Source: Thermoplasmatota archaeon (GTDB lineage Archaea; Thermoplasmatota; JAKEGO01). Taken from it: DNA of 64,000 bases. The stretch is taken from positions 192,001 to 256,000 of the forward strand of contig JANQNK010000003.1 in assembly GCA_028279595.1 (NCBI GenBank). The letters are read 5' to 3'. The notes beneath the pieces are model-generated. The model saw nothing but the letters and a program-made list of their open reading frames with translations, was not told where the DNA came from and did no database searches. Numbering within the stretch: position 1 is the first letter of the stretch; each line of letters begins with the position of its first letter. A program made the position numbers and the translations under genes. This document shows positions 38,073-47,308 of the stretch, piece after piece.

Positions 38073-39611
38073 TCACTTGGCCTTGGGGAGTTCTATCCAG
38101 AACTTGCTGCCCTTGCCGGGGGCGGATTCGACACCAACATAACCGTTCATACGGTCCATTCCCTTCTTTACTATAGCCAATCCAAGGCCGGTACCGGGAT
38201 AGGACTCGAGGCTGTGCAACCTCTCGAAGACCTGGAATATCTTCTGCTGATACTCGAACGGGATCCCGATCCCGTTGTCCTCGACCCAGACCCGGACGAT
38301 GTTCTCCTCCTCCTCGGCGTAGATCCTCACGATCGGAACGACGTTCGGATCGACGAACTTGAAGGAGTTCGTCATGAGGTTCATGAAGACGGTGGTCAGG
38401 GTCGGCCTGTGGGCGATGACCTCGGGCAGAGGGTCGTCGACGAAGACGTCGGCCTCCTTCTCCTGGACCATCGTCTCGAGCTGGGCTACCGCGTCGAGCA
38501 CCACCGATTCGAGATGGACCCTCTCGGTCTCGATGTCAGGGATGTTGAGCCTGCTGTAGATGAGGAGGTCGGATATCAGCGAGTCCATGCGCCCCGAGGC
38601 CCCGACGATCCTGTTGAGGTAGTCGACACCTGTCTCGTCGAGCACCTCTCCGTAGTCCTCCATCAGGGCCTGGCTGAATCCCTCCATGGCCCTGAGAGGC
38701 GCCCTCAGGTCGTGTGAAACGGAATAGGCGAAGGTCTCCAGAGCGGCGTTCGCCTCGGCGAGCTCCTCGTTCGTGTCCTCGAGCTCGGAGGTCCTCTGAT
38801 CTACGAGGTCCTTCAGATGTTCCCGGTATCTGGTGAGCTCTGCTTCCGCAGCCTTCCTCTCGGATATATCACGGATCGCGACCACAAGGCCGGTTATCTC
38901 GCCCTGCTCGTTGTATATGAAGGAGCCCTCGAACTCAACGTCAAGGTCTCCCCGGGACGCCGTCCTGATCACGGATTCCTTCAGCCCCATGAGGGCGATG
39001 TGCGCACCCTGCTCCGCTCCCTTGGCATTGCTCTCGGCGCTGTGGTCCTTCACGCCCACGACGTCGATGACCTCGTTGAGAGGCCTGTCCATCGAGTCCT
39101 GGATGCTCCACCCGGTGATCTCCTCGGCCATCGGGTTCATGAAGGTGATCTTCCCATCGGTGTCGGAGGCGACGATTCCGTCCTTGATGCTGTTTAGCAC
39201 GGTGGAGAGCCACTTCTCGTTCTCCTTCATCCTCAGCTCCACGCCGTGCTTCGAGAGGGCCATCTCGATCGTCGTGTAGATCTCCCTCTCCACGAATGGC
39301 TTGATGATGTAGCCATACGGTTGGGTCCCCTTCGCCCTGTCCAGTGTCGTGTCGTCGGCGTATGCCGTGAGATAGACGATGGGGATATCCTCCTCGGCGC
39401 GTATCTTCTCGGCGGCGCTGATACCGTCCATCTTCCCCTTGAGCCTGATGTCCATTATGACGAGGTCGGGGAGCTCCTCGAGGGTCTGGTCAATAGCCTT
39501 CTTGCCGGACCCGACTATTCCGATAACGGTATAGCCCAATCTGTCCAGGGTGTTCGCGAGGTCCTTTCCGACCAGCTGTTCGTCCTCGACGATCAATATC
39601 CTAGCTCTCAT
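38073..39611 (-). CDS. REC-PAS-HisKA-HATPase histidine kinase
   Basis: REC, PAS, FAYSVSHDLRAPLR, DNGIG, GTGLGL. Confidence 0.9.
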   Translation of the reverse strand: MRARILIVEDEQLVGKDLANTLDRLGYTVIGIVGSGKKAIDQTLEELPDLVIMDIRLKGKMDGISAAEKIRAEEDIPIVYLTAYADDTTLDRAKGTQPYGYIIKPFVEREIYTTIEMALSKHGVELRMKENEKWLSTVLNSIKDGIVASDTDGKITFMNPMAEEITGWSIQDSMDRPLNEVIDVVGVKDHSAESNAKGAEQGAHIALMGLKESVIRTASRGDLDVEFEGSFIYNEQGEITGLVVAIRDISERKAAEAELTRYREHLKDLVDQRTSELEDTNEELAEANAALETFAYSVSHDLRAPLRAMEGFSQALMEDYGEVLDETGVDYLNRIVGASGRMDSLISDLLIYSRLNIPDIETERVHLESVVLDAVAQLETMVQEKEADVFVDDPLPEVIAHRPTLTTVFMNLMTNSFKFVDPNVVPIVRIYAEEEENIVRVWVEDNGIGIPFEYQQKIFQVFERLHSLESYPGTGLGLAIVKKGMDRMNGYVGVESAPGKGSKFWIELPKAK

Positions 39612-42600
39612 CGCCCGTCTCCTCTTCTATCTTGAATACGATGTTGAACGACGTTCCCTTCTTCCTGTCGAGGTCGATCTCACCCTCGAGCTGGGACACG
39701 AGGGTGGTTACCAGTTCCAGTCCGAGGGTCTCGGTGTTACGGAAATCGATCTCTTCCGGGATCCCGGACCCGTTGTCCTTGATCCTGAGGGCCATCATCC
39801 CCCCGTCATCGGCCAGTGTCACCTCTATGCGCCCCTTCTGGCCCTCGGGGAACGCGTGCTTGAGGCTGTTGGAGATCAGTTCGTTGACTATGAGGCCGGC
39901 TGGAACACCCCGGTCGATGCCGATGAAGATCGGTTCTCCGTGGACGTCGAACCTGATCTTGTTCGGGTCGACCCCGTAGGATTGCATCAGATGGGTTCCA
40001 AGGCTCTCAATGTATTCGTAGAAATTGATCCTGGACAGGTCCTTTGATTGGTAGAGCTTGTCGTGGATGAGTGCCATTGACCTAACACGGTTCTGGCTCT
40101 CGTTGAAGACGGACCGCATGGCATCCTCGTCGATGTATCCCGCCTGGAGGTTGATCATTGACGAGATCACCTGCATGTTGTTCTTTACACGGTGGTGGAT
40201 CTCCTTCAGCATCACCTCCTTCTCGGCGAGGGAGTCACGGATCACCTTCTCGGCCCTCTTCCTCAGAGTGATGTCCCTGCAGATGAGCTCAAGCCCGGAT
40301 ACCTGCCCTCCTTTCGTGATCAATCCGGGGAATATCTCGAGCCAGGTGCGGCCCTCTCCAGTATCGATCTTCACCTCGATCGGACCTATGTCCTCCCCTT
40401 CAAGGAGTTGGAGGAACATCTCGAAATAATCGTCTATCCTGTCCTCCTCCACGAAGTCGAGGTCTGCGAACGAGCGCCCCCGAATGTCCTCCTTCGGGAA
40501 TATGGCGATGCTCGATGTCGCAGCGTTGTAATCCATGATCTTCCCTTCGGAATCGATGATCACGATGGCCTCCGGAGATGCGTCGAAGAGGTTGCGATAC
40601 CTTTCCTCACTCTCCATCAGGTCGATCTCCGACCTCTTTCTCTCGGTTACGTCGTGAAGTACCGTGATCACCCTTGTGACCTCGCCACCTTCGACCACCG
40701 GGATCTTCGAGGTCTCAGTGATGATCCTCCTCCCATCGATAACATTGTCTTCATTCGTTCCTAATGGTTCCCGGCCATCTATGACCTGATTGTACTCTTC
40801 CCACACGGTCGGGGGAAGGAAGGGAAAGATATCCGGGAGCTTCCTATCCATGAATGGCCCCTCGATACCCAACCCCGACGTCCACTCTGTGAACCTGTCG
40901 TTGTGGAGTACTATCCTCAGGTCTGTGTCGACCACATGGAGCGGGTCGATCATGGAATCGATCGTCGTCCTGTAGAACCTCTCGGACCGTCGGAGGGTCT
41001 GATCGGCCTTCATCCGTTCCGTGATGTCCCGGGTCATGCTCTGCATGTACTCCTTGCCGCCGAAGGAGACCTTGGTACTCTCGAACTCGATCGGGACGAG
41101 GGCGCCGCCCGGTTGCAGGAAGTCGAGCTCTGCGGAACCACCCTGCCCCTCCTTGGCGATCCTGAAGAAGGTCTTCCTTGCGGCATCGACCTTGTCCTCA
41201 GGTCTCAGTTCCCATATCCTCATACCACATAGGGAATCGTAATCCCTTCCCGTCTGCCTCTCGAACTCGGAGTTGCAATCGACGATCACTCCGGTCTCGA
41301 CGTCGATCAGGACTATCCCGTCCTTAGCCTCCTCGAACAACGATCTGTACTTCTCCTCGCTCTCCATGATAGCGACATTTACCCTCTTCCTCTCGGTGAT
41401 GTCCTTCGAAACTACACAGAGGGCATCCTGGCCGCCCACAGGGATGACCACACCGCTGACCTCGACGTCGATCTTCGTGCCGTCCTTCCGGATGTAGCTC
41501 CTCTCGCCGATGAACTTGCTCCTCTCGGCGAGCAGGTCCTCGATCTTGGAATCGATATCGTCCTTGGGGTGATCTATGAACGAATAGATCATGAGGTCGT
41601 CCATCTCGTTATCGTCATAGCCGATGAATCCCTGGAATGCAGCGTTCCATTCAGTGACCTTTCGGGTTTCAGGGTTCATGATGAATATTCCGTTGGGGCT
41701 CTGTTCTATAGCAGCCCGGTACTTGGCCTCGCTCTCCCTCAATGCCTCTTCCGCCTGCTTCCTCTCGGTGATGTCTGTGAAGGCTGCTACCATTACCCCT
41801 GGGGATGTCTGGAAGGCGTGTACCTCGAACGCGCCGGCGATCCTGTCGTCCTGATACTCGACATGCTCCGTCCTCCACGGTATACCGTTTCCAGCGGCCC
41901 GGCGGTACATGTCCGGTATCTCAGTCCCATCCAGCGGCGGGAACGCCTCCTCGATGGTCTTTCCGATGAACTGCTGGTTGTCAACACCTAGTATATCGTC
42001 GGCCGTACGGTTCGCACCGACGAAGACAAGGCGTCCGTCGTCGGAGAGAGCGTAGATGTGCATGCCGATGGGCGTCGAGTTGACTATGTTCCTGAACCCC
42101 TCCTCGCTCTCCCTGAGCGCCTTCTCGGCCGCCTTGCTCTCCGTGACGTCGCGGATGACCCCCTGGTACCATGTGCTCTCCCCATCGTCGCCCGTACGCA
42201 GCGTCGCTGTAAGCAGACAGTCCACGACCGCACCCTTCTTGTGATCAAGCTGGATCTCGAAGTCCCTGACGAACCCGCGGGATTCGATCTCGGAGATGAA
42301 CCGCGCCCTGTCCTTCGGGTCCCTGTAAAGCTCTGCGACGTTCATCTCCCGTAGTTCGGACATGGGATAGCCGAGGAGGTCGATACCTGCCTGGTTGAGC
42401 TCCACGAAGTTCCCGTCCCTCGTCGTGATGAAGACCGGGTCCCTGGAGCTCTCGAAAAGTGTCCTGAACTTCTCCTCCGAGACCTTCAGGGCATCGAGGA
42501 TCAATGCCTGTTCCGAAATGTCGGTGACGATGCCGAGGATCGCCCTGCCACCCTCGTAATCGATCAGTTTGGAGGTCACAATCGCCCGGATCTCGTCTCC

Positions 42601-43818
42601 ACGTTTCGTCAAGAGGGAGTACTCGTATGGATCGACATCCTTCCCCGCAGCGTGCTTGGCGAAGCTGTCCTTTACCGTGTCCAGTGAGGATGGTGCGATC
42701 AGCGACAGGAAATTGAAATCGGGTGAATAGAGCTCTTCACGCTTGTAGCCCATGACCTCCTCCGACTTCTGGTTCGCATATACGATCCTGCCCATGTGGT
42801 TGATGAATATCATGTTGGGTGACTGCTCGGCGAGGGTCCTGAACTTCTCCTCGTTCTCGCGGAGGACCACCTCGAAGGTCTTCCTTTCGAGGGCATTTCC
42901 GATGGTCTCACCCGTAAGACGCATGAGCCCGATGATGTCGTCCGCCCAGCCCTTCTCCATCTTCACGGAGTCGAAGCCGATGAACCCGATGATGGTATCG
43001 GAATAGACCATTGGAACGATGATCATCGACTTGATGCCCTCGCGCTCGAACTCCTCCTTCTCGGCCTGGGCCTCCGGTCCGAGGTCGGCGACCCTGGGGA
43101 CGTGGACGACCTCGTTCTTCTCGATCATCTTCAGCGACCACTCGAAGGCCTGCCTGGGAACATCCTTGAGATGCTCGATCATCGGTTGGATGTCCTCGGC
43201 ACACCACTCGTGGGTGTTGCTCATGGTATCGCCGTCGGACGAGAACTGGAATATGTAGCACCTGTCCACACCGGCGAACTCGCCCAGGAGCTGGAGGACG
43301 TGTCCGATCTCGTTGTCCACCTCGTCTGCAGGGACGTTGATGAAATCGGATGAGATGGTGGCGATCAAACGCTCGAACTCCATCCTGTATTCGATAGCTT
43401 CCTCCGCTCTCCTCTTCTCGGAGATGTCGCGGACGAACGCCCACATGCTCTCCGGCATTCCCTTCTCGTCACTGGTAAGATAAGTGACTATCTCGATGGG
43501 AAAGACGCTCTTGTCCTTCCGTATGTACTCCTTCTCGTAGATATCTGAGAAACCGCGTTTGAGGACCTGTTCTTGAATGACCTTCGCTTCCTCCTCGTGC
43601 CATCTCTCCGGCGTGATGTCCTCGTACGAAAGTTTGGCGAGCTCCTTATCCGAGTAGCCAAGCATGTCCCGAAATGCCGGGTTCGATTCGATGATCGTGC
43701 CTTCCATGTCGACCCTGGCGTAGCCGTCCCTGATGCGGTTGAACAGTTCCTGATATCCGTTCGGGGTCTTCTCGACCGCCTTCCTACCCGAACCTGATAC
43801 CTTCTTCTTATCCGCCAT
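39601..43818 (-). CDS. Multi-PAS/GAF HisKA_2 histidine kinase
   Basis: Start moved to MADKKK (ATG 43818, GGTGA RBS). PAS-GAF then about 7 [14 protein letters not shown]. Confidence 0.9.
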   Translation of the reverse strand: MADKKKVSGSGRKAVEKTPNGYQELFNRIRDGYARVDMEGTIIESNPAFRDMLGYSDKELAKLSYEDITPERWHEEEAKVIQEQVLKRGFSDIYEKEYIRKDKSVFPIEIVTYLTSDEKGMPESMWAFVRDISEKRRAEEAIEYRMEFERLIATISSDFINVPADEVDNEIGHVLQLLGEFAGVDRCYIFQFSSDGDTMSNTHEWCAEDIQPMIEHLKDVPRQAFEWSLKMIEKNEVVHVPRVADLGPEAQAEKEEFEREGIKSMIIVPMVYSDTIIGFIGFDSVKMEKGWADDIIGLMRLTGETIGNALERKTFEVVLRENEEKFRTLAEQSPNMIFINHMGRIVYANQKSEEVMGYKREELYSPDFNFLSLIAPSSLDTVKDSFAKHAAGKDVDPYEYSLLTKRGDEIRAIVTSKLIDYEGGRAILGIVTDISEQALILDALKVSEEKFRTLFESSRDPVFITTRDGNFVELNQAGIDLLGYPMSELREMNVAELYRDPKDRARFISEIESRGFVRDFEIQLDHKKGAVVDCLLTATLRTGDDGESTWYQGVIRDVTESKAAEKALRESEEGFRNIVNSTPIGMHIYALSDDGRLVFVGANRTADDILGVDNQQFIGKTIEEAFPPLDGTEIPDMYRRAAGNGIPWRTEHVEYQDDRIAGAFEVHAFQTSPGVMVAAFTDITERKQAEEALRESEAKYRAAIEQSPNGIFIMNPETRKVTEWNAAFQGFIGYDDNEMDDLMIYSFIDHPKDDIDSKIEDLLAERSKFIGERSYIRKDGTKIDVEVSGVVIPVGGQDALCVVSKDITERKRVNVAIMESEEKYRSLFEEAKDGIVLIDVETGVIVDCNSEFERQTGRDYDSLCGMRIWELRPEDKVDAARKTFFRIAKEGQGGSAELDFLQPGGALVPIEFESTKVSFGGKEYMQSMTRDITERMKADQTLRRSERFYRTTIDSMIDPLHVVDTDLRIVLHNDRFTEWTSGLGIEGPFMDRKLPDIFPFLPPTVWEEYNQVIDGREPLGTNEDNVIDGRRIITETSKIPVVEGGEVTRVITVLHDVTERKRSEIDLMESEERYRNLFDASPEAIVIIDSEGKIMDYNAATSSIAIFPKEDIRGRSFADLDFVEEDRIDDYFEMFLQLLEGEDIGPIEVKIDTGEGRTWLEIFPGLITKGGQVSGLELICRDITLRKRAEKVIRDSLAEKEVMLKEIHHRVKNNMQVISSMINLQAGYIDEDAMRSVFNESQNRVRSMALIHDKLYQSKDLSRINFYEYIESLGTHLMQSYGVDPNKIRFDVHGEPIFIGIDRGVPAGLIVNELISNSLKHAFPEGQKGRIEVTLADDGGMMALRIKDNGSGIPEEIDFRNTETLGLELVTTLVSQLEGEIDLDRKKGTSFNIVFKIEEETGDES

Positions 43819-43885
43819 GCCGTCACCGTCGGGACCTGCCGTATCGAGTTCTAAGTTAAATAAGGTTACTGCCGTCCAGCGGTGT

Positions 43886-46630
43886 TCACTCCGTGAACCC
43901 GATGACGAACCGGGTCCCATCGTCCCGGGAGAGCTCTATGGACCCCTCGATCTGCTCCACCAGCGTGGTCACGAGCTCCATCCCCAGTGACTTCGTGTCC
44001 CTGAAGTCGATGTCCTGGGGGATGCCTATCCCGTCGTCGCTGTAATCGATCGTTATCCTCCCGCCGGATTCCCCCTCGAAATTGACGAGGATCCTACCTC
44101 CCCGTCCATCGGGGAATGCATGCTTCAGGGAGTTCGAGATGAGTTCGTTGAGGATCAGTCCGACGGGCACCGCTCTGTCGATCCCAAGCTTGATGTCCGA
44201 ACCGTCGACCCGGATCGTGATACCGGATGCGTCCGCACCGTACGAATGGATCAGCTGACCCCCGAGTGTCTGGGTGTACTCCATCAGGTCCACGCCGGAG
44301 AGGTCCGCCGACTGGTAGAGCTTGTTGTGGATCAATCCCATCGATTTCACGCGGTTCTGGCTCTCGTCGAAGATCTTGAGCATGTCCTCATCCTCTATGT
44401 ACGTGGCCTGGAGGCTCAGCATGCTCGAGATCACCTGCATGTTGTTCTTGACCCTGTGGTGGATCTCCTTCAGTAGCACTTCCTTCTCCTTCAACGAGTC
44501 CTCGATCAGGGCCGCCGCCCTCTTCCTCTGGGTGATGTCGTGGATAATACCCTGATACCCGATGGCGAGGCCCTTCTCGTCCTTGCGGACGGACGAGGTT
44601 ATGATGCAATCGATGACGCTCCCGTCCTTCCTCCGGAACTGCGTCTCGAAGTCCTTCACGTAGCCCTTCTGCTCGATCTCCTTCTGAAAGACGAACCTTT
44701 CCTCGGGGTTTACATATATCTGGTCAGCAGGCAGGTCCTCGATGTCCTGCGGCGAATAGCCAAGCAGGGCGTAGGCCGCTGGATTGAGGTCGACGATCGT
44801 CCCGTCGCGTCGAGTGATATAGACCGCGTCCATCGACTGCTCGAAGAGGGACTTGTACCTCTGTTCGCTCTCCAGATGCTTCATCTCACCGAGCTTGCGT
44901 GCAGTGATGTTCTCCATTTCGCCGATGATGTACATGGGATCCCCCTCGGAATCCCTGGCGAGCACGACAGTGAGATTCACCCAGATGATGTTCCCATCCT
45001 TGCGGACGGCTCTCTGTTCGATGGTGAAGGCTGGGATCCGTCCCTGCATCAGCTTCGACATCAGATCGAAGCTCTCCTGCATGTGGTCCGCATGGGTGAT
45101 GTCCATCCAGGTCATCTTGAGGATCTCATCCTGCGTGTATCCGACCATATCGCAAGCGACCTGGTTGAACTTCACGAACTTGCCCTCCGGAGTGGCCAAG
45201 GCCCTTCCGATGGTGGCATGGTCGAACGCCAGCCGAAACATCTCCTCGCTCTCTTCGAGGACCCTCGCGGACCTTGCCCTCTCGCTGATGTCTCGGACGA
45301 ACACGAGAGTTGCCGGGCTTCCTTGATAATCGATGATATTAGCGTTTATCTCCACAGGGACACTTCCTCCGCTGCCCTTGACCGTGATCTCGTAGACACT
45401 CTCGACAGCCTCACCTCTCTTTCGGCGCTCATAACGCTCCATGGTCGCCTTCCGGTCCTCGGGCGAGATCAAGGATGAGAAGTCCGTCGTCGAGATATCC
45501 TCCTCGGTCAGTCCTGTGATTTCCAGGACCCTGTCGTTCCAGAAGACAACCCTGTCGTTCTGGAGTACGGCGATCCCGTCATTCCCCTTCTCGAAGATGG
45601 AGGAGTACTGCACCTCCAGCTCCCGCCTGGCGTGCTCGGCCCGGTTCCTTTCGGTCACATCCTTCGTGATGACCTGGATCGCCACGATCTCCCCGCCCTT
45701 GCGGACCAATCCGGGTAGGATCTCCAGGTCCAGTCGGACGTCCCCCTCCTCGATGACGACCTCGAACGGCTCGACCTCCTCGCCCGCGATGATCCTTTCG
45801 AAGATCCCCATTAGTCGCTCCAATTCGTCCTCGGGGACCAGGCCAAGCTCGAAGAACGTCTTTCCAATCACATTCTCACGCGGTAGGCCCAATATGTGTG
45901 ACTGGACGCCGTTGTAGTCTATGATCACTCCGTCGGTATCCATGATGGCTATACCTTCAGGAGAGGACTCGAAGAGGTTCCGGTAGCGCCACTCGCTGTC
46001 CACCATGGCCTCGACAGCCAAGCGCTTCTGTAGAAGGACAGATGCTACCCTGACGAATGTCTCGATGGTCGTCTTCTCCTTGAGTCCCGGACTGCGGAGG
46101 ATGAGGGAGATGTTGCCGAAGATCTGTCCCTCCCAGGAGAGGTCTATGGAGTGGATCTCCTTAATACCCAATATCTTCTCGACGGTCCTCGAGACCCCCT
46201 TCGACAATTTTCCCGAGGTCAGCGTGTGGAGATTGTCGGGGAGTCTAACGATCTCCCCCCGATCGAGGTCGAATCCCTCCCTCTCGAAGATCGGGAACTC
46301 CATTCCCACGGGATCCCGTTTCAAGGTGTCCATGAGGAGCTTCGAACCCTTTCCCAGGCCCACCAGTGACCGTATGGTGGATATCTCCTTCTGCTCGTCG
46401 ATCTCGCTGATGACGACGATCCCGTCACCGATCAATTCCTGGACCTTCTCGGCTACGAAAAGATATGCGTCATCGTCCGCCGACAGTTCCACCATGGCGG
46501 TCGATGTCTCGGCAAGCCAATCCAGTCCGTGGGTCCTTGACTGCGGGCCAGTCGCGGAGGACCTCCTCATCCTTCGTCCTTTCTCCGATGCCCGTCCAAC
46601 CCTGCCTTTTCCTTCGGCCGTCATATCCAA
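43886..46630 (-). CDS. GAF-like-PAS x4-HisKA_2 histidine kinase
   Basis: [27 protein letters not shown]. Confidence 0.9.
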   Translation of the reverse strand: MDMTAEGKGRVGRASEKGRRMRRSSATGPQSRTHGLDWLAETSTAMVELSADDDAYLFVAEKVQELIGDGIVVISEIDEQKEISTIRSLVGLGKGSKLLMDTLKRDPVGMEFPIFEREGFDLDRGEIVRLPDNLHTLTSGKLSKGVSRTVEKILGIKEIHSIDLSWEGQIFGNISLILRSPGLKEKTTIETFVRVASVLLQKRLAVEAMVDSEWRYRNLFESSPEGIAIMDTDGVIIDYNGVQSHILGLPRENVIGKTFFELGLVPEDELERLMGIFERIIAGEEVEPFEVVIEEGDVRLDLEILPGLVRKGGEIVAIQVITKDVTERNRAEHARRELEVQYSSIFEKGNDGIAVLQNDRVVFWNDRVLEITGLTEEDISTTDFSSLISPEDRKATMERYERRKRGEAVESVYEITVKGSGGSVPVEINANIIDYQGSPATLVFVRDISERARSARVLEESEEMFRLAFDHATIGRALATPEGKFVKFNQVACDMVGYTQDEILKMTWMDITHADHMQESFDLMSKLMQGRIPAFTIEQRAVRKDGNIIWVNLTVVLARDSEGDPMYIIGEMENITARKLGEMKHLESEQRYKSLFEQSMDAVYITRRDGTIVDLNPAAYALLGYSPQDIEDLPADQIYVNPEERFVFQKEIEQKGYVKDFETQFRRKDGSVIDCIITSSVRKDEKGLAIGYQGIIHDITQRKRAAALIEDSLKEKEVLLKEIHHRVKNNMQVISSMLSLQATYIEDEDMLKIFDESQNRVKSMGLIHNKLYQSADLSGVDLMEYTQTLGGQLIHSYGADASGITIRVDGSDIKLGIDRAVPVGLILNELISNSLKHAFPDGRGGRILVNFEGESGGRITIDYSDDGIGIPQDIDFRDTKSLGMELVTTLVEQIEGSIELSRDDGTRFVIGFTE

Positions 46631-46719
46631 CCACCCTCACCTAGACCATAGGTCCCGGTTCCGCCGACCAGCCTTTGGCTCTATGTATAACATCGTTCAC
46701 GATAATGAACCTTCGCACT

Positions 46720-47163
46720 CTAATCTTCAGGCTTCGCCAGCTGCACCGAGCAGTAGAGGTTGACCGCCTTGGCGAGCTCGAGGTACTCCTCGAACTTGAC
46801 GGGTTTGACGAGATAGAAGTTGGCTCCAAGCTCGTCAGCCTTGTCGACGTCGGCACCGGACTTTGAGGATGTCAGCATCACGACCGGCAGCTCCTTCAGG
46901 TCCTTGTGTCCCCGTATCCACTTGAGCAGTTCGTGACCGGAGATACGCGGCATGTTGACATCCAGCAGTACCATCGACGGGAACGGGTGCTTCTTCCTGT
47001 CACTGTATGGCTTCTTACCCTCGAGATATGCCTTGGCGCTCTCTCCGTCCTCGACAGCTTCCACGGGATAGGGCATCTCCGTCTTCTTGAACGCCCTCTT
47101 TATCAGAAGTATATCGTTGGGATCGTCGTCGACGAGGAGTATCGTGTTCTTCGAGGCCGTCAT
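46720..47163 (-). CDS. Stand-alone response regulator (Rcp1-like REC)
   Basis: ILLVDDDPND, VLLDVNMP, VVMLTSS, ANFYLVKPV. Confidence 0.92.
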   Translation of the reverse strand: MTASKNTILLVDDDPNDILLIKRAFKKTEMPYPVEAVEDGESAKAYLEGKKPYSDRKKHPFPSMVLLDVNMPRISGHELLKWIRGHKDLKELPVVMLTSSKSGADVDKADELGANFYLVKPVKFEEYLELAKAVNLYCSVQLAKPED

Positions 47164-47308
47164 ATCGGGGTGAATATGTCAGGAGCGGATATATAGATTG
47201 TCATACATCGAACGGCGCTGGGTTCGCCCCGCCACCGTCCATTCCGGTGGTTCCCACCCACTCAAGGCCAAGAATGCTGGAGCGGGACCAGTTGAGCAGG
47301 GTCAGGGC

